Source: Trueperaceae bacterium
GTDB lineage: Bacteria; Deinococcota; Deinococci; Deinococcales; Trueperaceae
Assembly (NCBI GenBank): GCA_965213705.1
Contig: OZ243913.1
Coordinates: 1,056,001 to 1,120,000 of the forward strand
Reading direction: 5' to 3'
DNA length: 64,000 nucleotides
The position numbers and the translations under genes are program-made. The notes under the pieces are model-generated. The model was given only the letters and a program-made list of their open reading frames with translations. It made no database searches and was not told the origin of the DNA. Shown here in pieces: positions 18,397-25,881 of the stretch. Every line of letters begins with the position of its first letter. Within the stretch, counting starts at the first letter, position 1.

Positions 18397-20322
18397 TTAC
18401 CAGCCCTGAAAACGCCCGCCGGGCGGCACGATGACGGCTTCGAAGCGGACGCTCATGGGAAAGTAGTTGTTCAGCTCGAGGCTGTCGCCGCTCTGCGTAA
18501 AGTAAGCGTTGTCGATGGGCCGCCCTTCGCCGTCTTTGACGACGAGCATCACGTCGTCGATGCCGTTGGCCCAGTTGACGCGGGCGTAGTTCAGGAACGA
18601 ACTCAGCGGTTGGCTGGTCTCGTAAACGCCGGGTTCGGAAAAACTCAGTTGGGCGTCGCTGCAAGCGGGCGAGGTGGAGATGTCTTTGGGCACCAAACAC
18701 AGTTGGTACTGGACCGGCGTGTCGCTCGGTTTGCTCAGGACTTCCAAGCGCTGGTAAACCGTGCCGCCCGCGTAGTCGACCGGCGCGGTCAGGCTTCTCG
18801 CCAGGGTGTCGGGCGCGCCGAAAAACGAGTAGGCACCGCTGCCGCCCTGTTCGCTTTTGTGGGTGTAGGCGACGTCGAGAAGTCCGACCTGGACGGCGCG
18901 GGCCGCTCTCGGGGCGCTCGCTTCGGTCGGGGCCGGGGCTGTAGCCGGAACGGGAGCCGTGACCGCGGCGGGTGGCGCGGGCGCGGCGGGGGGTGGGGGC
19001 GGCGTTGCCGCTCGAGCTTCGGTTGTCTGCGCGGCGTCTGCCGCCTCTTGGGCTGCCTCTTGGGCTGCTTGTTGCGCAGCTTGGGCGGCTTGCGCGGCCT
19101 CGGCGGCTCGAGCCGCCTCTTCGTCGGCCTGCGCTACCTGCGCGGCGAGCTGCTGTGACGCCCGCTGAAAAGCGTTTGCGTAGCTGCTGTCGTTCGGGCT
19201 CAGCGTGCGGGCGCGCTCGTAAAAGCTGACCGCGTCGCTCAGGTTCTCAGCCTCCAAAGCGATGCGACCCAGCCACGCCCAAGCGTCCCCGTAACGACTG
19301 TTCTCGTTCACCGCGCTGCGAAAGCTCTGCCGCGCGGCCTCGGTGCGGCCCTGGGTGTACAGGTCGACCCCCGTCTGATAAGCCGCGAACGCTCTAACGC
19401 CCCACCGGCTCTGGTTGCGCGTCAGGGTGACGGCCTGGAGGGCTTCACCGTTTTGAGGCTCGAGGGCGACCACGCGCTGCCAGTACTCGAGCGCCGTTTC
19501 GGGCCGACCGAGGTCTTGACTGGTGCGCGCGGCGCTCTTCAGGGCCGCCACGAAGTCCGGGTTGGCTTGGCTGGCCCGCTCGAAAGCGTCGAGCGCGGCC
19601 GCAGCGTCACCTGCGGCCGCCAGCTCTACGCCTTCGCGGTACGCTCGGCTCGCGCCGACGCCGTAGGTCAGCTGTTCTCTCGCCTCTTCAAACAGCGCCT
19701 GGTAACGTTCGTTGTCGGGGTCGCTGCGAACCAGGCCTTCTAAAAAACCCTCCGCTTCGTTCGGCTGCTCGAGGGCTAAGTAACTCAGCGCCAAGCGTTC
19801 GGCCGCTTCCGCGCTGCTCGGCTCGACGCTGAGGAGCGCGTCGTAGTAGGTCAGCGCCGCTTCGAAGTCCTGGTTGTCAAAGCTGTTGTCGCCCAGCCAG
19901 GCACTCGCTTCCGCGATGTAGCGGCCCGTCTGAACAGTGACGGGTCCGCCTAACTCTACATACGTTTTCCAGGCGTCCCAGGCGCGGCTGTACCACTTGA
20001 CGATGGTATAAACCTGTCCCAAAAAACGGTAGGGCTCGAGGCGGTCGGGCGCTGCTGAGCGCGCCGCCTCGCCGTAGCGAATCGCCTCTTTCCATAACGG
20101 TCTATCCAAATACTGAACGTCGTAGGTCGCCAACGCTTCGGAGGCCGCTCGTTGGCCTTTGGCAAGGGCGTCTTGCGCCGCCTCGGGCAACGACGTTTGA
20201 GCGAAGCTCAGGACGGCCAAAGTCCACAAACCAATGACCACACATCCCAACCGAGCCCTGCGCCATCGGGCTGTGCGCCGCCGCGGCGGTCTAAGCAGTT
20301 GAGGTTTGCGAGCAAGGTTCAT
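18397..20322 (-). CDS. Secreted TPR-repeat protein with Ala/Pro linker and C-terminal beta-rich domain
   Basis: Signal peptide ending SFA-Q, repeated A..Y..AL...P TPR units, PAPPAA linker. Confidence 0.8.
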   Translation of the reverse strand: MNLARKPQLLRPPRRRTARWRRARLGCVVIGLWTLAVLSFAQTSLPEAAQDALAKGQRAASEALATYDVQYLDRPLWKEAIRYGEAARSAAPDRLEPYRFLGQVYTIVKWYSRAWDAWKTYVELGGPVTVQTGRYIAEASAWLGDNSFDNQDFEAALTYYDALLSVEPSSAEAAERLALSYLALEQPNEAEGFLEGLVRSDPDNERYQALFEEAREQLTYGVGASRAYREGVELAAAGDAAAALDAFERASQANPDFVAALKSAARTSQDLGRPETALEYWQRVVALEPQNGEALQAVTLTRNQSRWGVRAFAAYQTGVDLYTQGRTEAARQSFRSAVNENSRYGDAWAWLGRIALEAENLSDAVSFYERARTLSPNDSSYANAFQRASQQLAAQVAQADEEAARAAEAAQAAQAAQQAAQEAAQEAADAAQTTEARAATPPPPPAAPAPPAAVTAPVPATAPAPTEASAPRAARAVQVGLLDVAYTHKSEQGGSGAYSFFGAPDTLARSLTAPVDYAGGTVYQRLEVLSKPSDTPVQYQLCLVPKDISTSPACSDAQLSFSEPGVYETSQPLSSFLNYARVNWANGIDDVMLVVKDGEGRPIDNAYFTQSGDSLELNNYFPMSVRFEAVIVPPGGRFQGW

Positions 20323-20635
20323 TCCGCATTTATTCTAACGAGTTCAAGATGATAAAGAAGTGTCCGGTGTACGCCGAGTCCCGGACAACCGTCGGGGGTG
20401 CTCAACCCGTTCGGCGCCGTCTGACGGTACCGCGCTTTCTCTGCCCCCCTGAGTCTTGTGGATGAGTCTTGTGGACCGATGTTCCCGTTAAGGTGGGAGG
20501 GTTGTCGCGAGGTCTAAAGGCGGAGTTGTATAGTGAGACAAACCGTGGGGGAGGGCGCCCAGCCGACTCACCAAGGAATTCGCCCTCCCCGGTAAAGTGT
20601 CCCCGGTAAAGAGAGGGTACGAGAGTGAACAACCC

Positions 20636-21637
20636 ATGACACCAAAGCGACGTCTTGCGGCCCTGTTTGTGGTGACGGTGGGCGCGGTCGGCGCGGCGCT
20701 CGTGCAAACCGCGACCACTCAAACTCAACCCGTCCAAACCGATACCAATTGGCGCGGTGCGGCCGTCAGCGAACTCGGCGGGGCGGGTATCGACATTTCT
20801 TTTCCCGACGGTTCGTTTCTGGGCGAGGACGCGTTGACCGGCTACCAGGCGGCAGCCCTGGCCGGTCGTCTGTTGCAAGCTATCGACGCCCAGTCCGGTT
20901 GTGCGACCGAACTGCCGAGCGAACCCACCGGCATTTTTGCAGCCGCGCCCGCCGAGCACTGGTCGAACGACGCGCTCCGGCGGTTGTCGACCCTCGAGCT
21001 GAACGACGCTTTTCCCGACGGCTTTGACGGCGACGCGCTCCTGAGCGGGTTTCAAACCGCTGCCCTGATGAGCGAGGTGGTCAGGGTTTTGGACGCAAAA
21101 ACGACCTGCGCGCGCTTGAACCTGCAAGACCGCGTCGCCGAGTTGGAAACTGAACTCGCCACGGTTCGCGCCGACATCGCCTCGGGGGACTTGCGCGGCC
21201 CCGAAGGTTTGCAGGGTCCGGCAGGCCCGGTGGGTGCCTCAGGCCCGGCGGGGCCGCCCGGCACCCCAGGCGAACGGGGGCCGGCAGGTCCGGCCGGACC
21301 GCCGGGCGCGGCCGGACCTGCCGGGCCCACCGGTCCGGCGGGCGTCGCCGGGCGGCCGGGGCTGGCGTGCTGGGACTTAAACGCTGACGGTACCGGAAAC
21401 TTGGAAGAAGACGTCAACCTGGATTCGCTGTTCGACGCCCGCGACTGTGCCGGGCCCACCGGTCCGGCGGGACCGCCGGGTTCACCGGGCGCTCCAGGTC
21501 CGACCGGACCTGCGGGCCCGGCGGGTCCGCGCGGGGCGGACGGCGACAGCGGGCCACGCGGACCCGAAGGCCCGCAGGGTCCGCGTGGCCCCGAAGGCCC
21601 GCAGGGTCCCCAAGGCCCGCAGGGCCCTCAGGGTTGA
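20636..21637 (+). CDS. Secreted SLH-like/coiled-coil/collagen-like protein 1
   Basis: Hydrophobic N-terminus; [18 protein letters not shown] and HWSNDAL..FPDGF SLH-like repeats; GPxGPx triplets; [16 protein letters not shown] loop. Confidence 0.8.
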   Translation: MTPKRRLAALFVVTVGAVGAALVQTATTQTQPVQTDTNWRGAAVSELGGAGIDISFPDGSFLGEDALTGYQAAALAGRLLQAIDAQSGCATELPSEPTGIFAAAPAEHWSNDALRRLSTLELNDAFPDGFDGDALLSGFQTAALMSEVVRVLDAKTTCARLNLQDRVAELETELATVRADIASGDLRGPEGLQGPAGPVGASGPAGPPGTPGERGPAGPAGPPGAAGPAGPTGPAGVAGRPGLACWDLNADGTGNLEEDVNLDSLFDARDCAGPTGPAGPPGSPGAPGPTGPAGPAGPRGADGDSGPRGPEGPQGPRGPEGPQGPQGPQGPQG

Positions 21638-21692
21638 CCCCCAATCCTCAGCCCTGGACAGCGGCCTGTTACCCCCTGGCTGATAACGACGA

Positions 21693-21718
21693 CCCGGTGG
21701 GGCTCGAGCCCCACCGGG
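21693..21718. repeat. Perfect 26-bp palindrome centred on GCTCGAGC (possible terminator or processing hairpin)
   Basis: CCCGGTGGGGCTC|GAGCCCCACCGGG between the two collagen genes. Confidence 0.75.
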
Positions 21719-21824
21719 GGGTCGTGGCGCCGAACCGCCGCAACTCTCTGTGACGCAGTCACAAGTTTCGTCTCACAAGTGGGCTAGGCTGGGGCAGTTG
21801 TTTTAGAGGTAACTGTTTTAGAGG

Positions 21825-22787
21825 TTGCGGGTTCGGAGGCTGCGGGTGCGCCAGAAAAGCGTGACGACAAAAAACAAGAGGGCCGAACGTGGTTTTCCAG
21901 CGGCAGAGTTCGGGTGGAGACCGGGGGCAAATATCCGTTTTCGACTGTCTTCTCGGCTGTTGCCTGCTCGTCTAAAGTCGTTTTGCTTGTTTTTGCTCTT
22001 TGGACTGCTGTTAGGTTCGGGGCTGGCGCAAACGGCGAACGACACCTGGAAGAGCGACGCCCTCACCACTTTGCAGCAAAACGGCGTCAGCGTCGCCTTT
22101 CCTGACGGCTCGTTTCTGGGTGAAGATACCCTGACCGGTTACCAGGCGGCTTCTTTGCTGGGCGAGTTGCTGCAAAAAATAAACGCCGTGACCGCCTGCC
22201 CGACCCCCGTCCCCGCCACGCCGGACGGTGTCTTCGCGGCGGTGTCGCCCGACCACTGGGCCTACGACGCCGCACGTCAACTGTCGGTGTTGGACGTCGC
22301 CGAGGCTTTTCCCGACGGCTTCAGCGGTGACGCGCTCTTGAGCGGGTTTCAAACCGCCGAACTCGTCAGCCGAACGCTCGAGCTGCTGAACGAAAAAGTC
22401 GCCTGCGGCGCTGTCGACGTGGCTGAACAGGTAGCGGGTCTGCAAACGCAAGTCACCAACCTAGACGCCGCCGTCGCGGCCGGCACGTTGCAAGGTCCGC
22501 CCGGCCCACCGGGCGAGCCGGGGCCGCCCGGCACCCCCGGACTTCAGGGCGTACCCGGACCCCAAGGCCCCCCTGGGCCGCCGGGCCAAGCGGGTGCGGA
22601 CGGACTACCCGGCTCACCGGGACCGCCCGGCCCGCCGGGGCCGTCCGGCGAGGTCGGCCCCCAAGGTCCCCCGGGTCCGCAGGGTCTCGCTTGCTGGGAC
22701 TTAGACGGCGACGGCGAAGCGGACCTGGCCGAAGACCGCAACTTAGACGGACTCTACAACACGCTGGACTGTATAGGACTGCCGTGA
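21825..22787 (+). CDS. Secreted SLH-like/coiled-coil/collagen-like protein 2 (paralogue; true start probably near 21960)
   Basis: Signal peptide ..[38 protein letters not shown] repeats; [17 protein letters not shown]. Confidence 0.8.
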   Translation: MRVRRLRVRQKSVTTKNKRAERGFPAAEFGWRPGANIRFRLSSRLLPARLKSFCLFLLFGLLLGSGLAQTANDTWKSDALTTLQQNGVSVAFPDGSFLGEDTLTGYQAASLLGELLQKINAVTACPTPVPATPDGVFAAVSPDHWAYDAARQLSVLDVAEAFPDGFSGDALLSGFQTAELVSRTLELLNEKVACGAVDVAEQVAGLQTQVTNLDAAVAAGTLQGPPGPPGEPGPPGTPGLQGVPGPQGPPGPPGQAGADGLPGSPGPPGPPGPSGEVGPQGPPGPQGLACWDLDGDGEADLAEDRNLDGLYNTLDCIGLP

Positions 22788-22795
22788 CTACGGCA

Positions 22796-22832
22796 AAAGG
22801 ACTGAGGGCGTTTGGACGTCCCTCAGTCCTTT
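22796..22832. terminator. Bidirectional intrinsic terminator between convergent genes
   Basis: AAAGGACTGAGGG...CCCTCAGTCCTTT inverted repeat. Confidence 0.8.
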
Positions 22833-22858
22833 AAAACACAACAGGCGCGCCGCCTGGG

Positions 22859-23218
22859 TCAGTCCCAGTAGGGCGTGTACCCATAATAGTCGTGAACTTG
22901 TCGCCCCCAGTTCAGGTCGGCCGTGTCGGGCCAGTCGTTTTGGTCGAAGCCTTCAGCATTTTTGAGGCGGTCTTTGTCGACGTCGAGGCGGAGCACCTTG
23001 TTTTCCTCGTCGACGCTGAGGGCTTGCCAAGGCACGGCGAACAGTTTGTTGCCCATACCCAACAGGCCGCCGAAGTCGAGCACGCCGTAAGCGACCCGCC
23101 CCGACTGCACGTCTATCATAATGTCTTTGAGGTTGCCGATATTTTCGTCTTGCGCGTTTTTCACCGTGTCGCCGACCAAGCTGGTCGCGGACAGGGTCAG
23201 CCGGTAGTTGTCTGCCAT
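22859..23218 (-). CDS. PRC-barrel domain protein
   Basis: LVGDTVKN..IG..KDIMID..SGRVAYGVLDFGGLLGMGNKLFAVPW; GGAGG RBS. Confidence 0.92.
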   Translation of the reverse strand: MADNYRLTLSATSLVGDTVKNAQDENIGNLKDIMIDVQSGRVAYGVLDFGGLLGMGNKLFAVPWQALSVDEENKVLRLDVDKDRLKNAEGFDQNDWPDTADLNWGRQVHDYYGYTPYWD

Positions 23219-23307
23219 CACTGCCTCCGTTGAGCGAGGGTCGAAGGGTGTCACCTCGGTCTTTATCTTTATAGACGAAGATTCCGAGCCTCAAAAGAAG
23301 GCAGCTT

Positions 23308-23338
23308 TACAGTCGGCCCGTACCACGGGCCGACTGTA
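23308..23338 (-). terminator. Hairpin immediately after the cohesin/dockerin operon
   Basis: TACAGTCGGCCCGT-ACC-ACGGGCCGACTGTA perfect 14-bp stem. Confidence 0.65.
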
Positions 23339-23339
23339 G

Positions 23340-24230
23340 CTAGGGTTCATCACCGTCAGACGCGTCGTCGCCGGGGTTGTCACCGTCAATCCCGTCACCG
23401 TCAATCCCGTCACCGTCAATCCCGTCACCGGGCAAGGTTTGCGTGTCTTGGTCGGTGGGTTGCGCGTCGTCTTGCGGTCCGGCCGGGAGCGCGTCCCCGG
23501 CCGACTCGTCGCCAGGCTCTAGGTCTTCAGCCTCCAAATCTTCAGCGTCCGAACTTGCCTCGTCCGAGGTTTCGTCTCCCATAGCGCCCGTTTGGGGGGG
23601 GCCGGTGCTCGAGGGGGGCGCGAACACGTAAGCCGCCTGCAACAGCTCCAAGTCCGTGCGGTCAACGAGGCCGTCGTCGTTGATATCGGCGGGCTCGTTG
23701 ATGCCGGGTTGCCCATAGCTTTGCGCCAGCGCGACGAGGTCGTAAAAGTCGACCGCGCCGTCGCGGTTGACGTCCTCCTTGACCGAGGTGAGAAGCGTGC
23801 CCAGCGCGGTCTGCTCGGCGTCGCCCAAGCTCAGCGGTTCTTCCGGCAGCGCCGGGTTCATCACGCCGCTGTTCGCGACGGCCAAGTCGAGCAGCAACCC
23901 CGCTTCGTGGAGGAGGGCGTTGGCGGCTAGGGGACCCGTGGTCGGCGTCACCAAAATCTCCAAGCCCCCGTTTTGGCGCTGTACGGTGAGCGAGAGCGTG
24001 TCGTCGCCGAGCAGCGCCGCGTCGCCGTAGCGGAACACGGGGACGTTTTCAGTGCCGGTGTCGCTATTCTCGGCGACCTCTAAAGTTTCGTCTAAGCCTT
24101 GCCAAGCCGCGAACGCCGCGGCCACGGCCGCGCTCAACCCGTCCGGGCCGCCCGCGGGGTCGACCCGGTAAGTGACCGCGAGCGCGGTGGCGGGCAACAC
24201 CAAAAAGAGCAAAAGGCGCAGACGCTTCAC
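23340..24230 (-). CDS. Secreted matrixin-like (degenerate zinc motif) plus dockerin type I protein with acidic tail
   Basis: Signal peptide; AAFAAW; LLHEAGLLLDL..VMNP; EDVNRDGAVDFYDLVAL...ADINDDGLVDRTDLELL. Confidence 0.75.
   Translation of the reverse strand: MKRLRLLLFLVLPATALAVTYRVDPAGGPDGLSAAVAAAFAAWQGLDETLEVAENSDTGTENVPVFRYGDAALLGDDTLSLTVQRQNGGLEILVTPTTGPLAANALLHEAGLLLDLAVANSGVMNPALPEEPLSLGDAEQTALGTLLTSVKEDVNRDGAVDFYDLVALAQSYGQPGINEPADINDDGLVDRTDLELLQAAYVFAPPSSTGPPQTGAMGDETSDEASSDAEDLEAEDLEPGDESAGDALPAGPQDDAQPTDQDTQTLPGDGIDGDGIDGDGIDGDNPGDDASDGDEP
23379..23430. repeat. 15-bp tandem repeat (3.5 copies) encoding GDGID
   Basis: GTCACCGTCAATCCC x3 + GTCACCG. Confidence 0.9.
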
Positions 24231-24769
24231 GGCCGCGCCTCTAAAACTTCACGTACCTCGTTGAGTAAAGCCTCGGTGTCGGCTCCGGCTCCGTCGGCGA
24301 CGAGGTCGCCGTCCTCGTTCAAACTCAATAACCGCCCCGTCTCGTCGCGCAGGCCGAGCGTCGTGTCGCGCCACAAGCCCTGCCGAAAACCGACGATAGG
24401 GGAGTACGCGTCCTCAGCGTAGGCCAGCACCAGCGCCGTCTCGCCGACGCTGAACTGCGGCATCAGACTTACCAAAAGCGACTCGCCCGAGGGCAGCGTG
24501 CCGCCGTAAAAAGCCAGGGTGACGGTGAGGAGCTGGTTGGTGTTCTCAGGGGCGGTCACGCCGACGAGGGCTTCCAAAACTTCGAAGGTGACGAGCGTCC
24601 AGGGGTCGCCGCCGCGCTCCTCGAGCGCGACCTCGCTGACCGAGCCGTAAAACCCCAGTTCGGTTTTTGCCAACATTTCGTCCACGGTCAACGCCTTGTA
24701 CGTCGTTGCAAAGGCGACGTTCAAGAGCAAAACGAGCAAGGCGGCTGTAAGGCGGAATCGCCTGGTCAT
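24227..24769 (-). CDS. Secreted hypothetical protein (beta-barrel/propeptide-like)
   Basis: Signal peptide AFA-T; TVDEM..G.V..V, FYGG, PQF..GE..LV, VG.RQG; 4-bp overlaps on both sides. Confidence 0.7.
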   Translation of the reverse strand: MTRRFRLTAALLVLLLNVAFATTYKALTVDEMLAKTELGFYGSVSEVALEERGGDPWTLVTFEVLEALVGVTAPENTNQLLTVTLAFYGGTLPSGESLLVSLMPQFSVGETALVLAYAEDAYSPIVGFRQGLWRDTTLGLRDETGRLLSLNEDGDLVADGAGADTEALLNEVREVLEARP

Positions 24770-25605
24770 TGGTCGTCTCCCGGATTGTCGACGGGCTCCG
24801 GGTCCAGTTCGTCGCCCAGTTCGTCACCCAAGTCGGCCCCGCCGGTCTCCGCCCCGCCGGTCTCGCCGCCTAGGTCGAGTGACGAGGCCGTGCCTTCGGT
24901 CAGGGTTTGGTACGCGAAGCCGGTCTCGCCTAAAAACTCTGTTTCGCTGCTGAGGGCCAAAGTCGTCACGACGACGGGGCGCAGTGTAAAGGTGAACATG
25001 CGCCGACCGCCGGACACGCTGCCGCCCAGAACCGCCAGGTCGAGCTGCAACTCGCCCTCGCCCGCTTCGTAAAACACGGCGAAGTTCTCGTTGGCGGCCG
25101 TGACGCTGTCGGGGACAAGCGCGAAGTAGCGCGGGTCCCAGGTGACGCGTGTGCGAAACGCCTGCAGGCCGCGGGCGTTGTCGACCTCGCCGCGCAGCAC
25201 GGTTGGGCGCTGCACGTCGGTCAAGGGCACGTTGAACGTGAGTTGGGCGGGGGGCGGTTTTTGCACGCTCACGGTGTAGTCCTGGAACGTCTTGGACAAG
25301 TTTGCGTCCGACACGCTCACTGTAAAGGTGTAACTGCCTTCAGTCGTCGGGACGCCGCGCAGGGTCGCGCCTTGCAGGCTCAGGCCGGGCGGCAAGGTGC
25401 CCTTGCTCAGCTCGAGCGTGTACGGGGTCAAGCCGCCCACGACGCGAACCGTCGCGGTGTACTCCTCGCCCAAGTAGGCGGGCTCGAGCGAGGACGCCAA
25501 CACGCGCAACGTTTCGCCGCGGGTGTCGAGTTCGCTGCCGCAGCCGCCGAGGAGTAAAACCGCACCCCAAAAGGCCGTCAAAAAAAGTCTGTTCCGGGTC
25601 GTCAT
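24766..25605 (-). CDS. Lipoprotein with putative Ig domain and cohesin-like domain
   Basis: Lipobox LGGC; GG..PYT..GTLPPGLSL..G.L.GVPT..GSYTFTV.V.D; AFRTRVTWDP..F..V, LQLDLA, SGGRRMFTFTLR; TAGAGT-N7-ATG start. Confidence 0.72.
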   Translation of the reverse strand: MTTRNRLFLTAFWGAVLLLGGCGSELDTRGETLRVLASSLEPAYLGEEYTATVRVVGGLTPYTLELSKGTLPPGLSLQGATLRGVPTTEGSYTFTVSVSDANLSKTFQDYTVSVQKPPPAQLTFNVPLTDVQRPTVLRGEVDNARGLQAFRTRVTWDPRYFALVPDSVTAANENFAVFYEAGEGELQLDLAVLGGSVSGGRRMFTFTLRPVVVTTLALSSETEFLGETGFAYQTLTEGTASSLDLGGETGGAETGGADLGDELGDELDPEPVDNPGDDQ

Positions 25606-25881
25606 GGGTTTCACTCTACCCGAGACCCGTGTGAGCGCGCTGAAAAGAATTGCACTGACCTGCGAAATTTAAGGCTCGAGGCACCTTCAGGCCCACTTCG
25701 AGAACGATTCGGTAGCCTTTGTAAAAGCGGCCTCGGCAACTTTCGGCGTTGCGGGTGGGGCGTGCTAAGCTGACGGTACTTTCCGCGCCTCTTTGCAAGG
25801 GTGACGCGGCCAAAACCGAGCTGGGCTTGGAACAAAACCCTGCGCCCCAGCCCGCGCACCCGCCGTTCGAAACGAGGACCG

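Noticed and set aside
13425..20475. DnaA boxes / replication origin (TGTGGATAC at about 13426, TGTGGATGA at about 20457)
   Set aside because: Isolated mismatched boxes with no cluster, unwinding element or dnaA/dnaN nearby
21749..21763. Canonical CRP site
   Set aside because: TGTGA-N5-TCACA has a 5-nt rather than 6-nt spacer; kept only as an unassigned palindrome
21196..23430. CRISPR-like periodic repeats
   Set aside because: Repeats are in-frame collagen and GDGID coding repeats without unique spacers; no cas genes in the window
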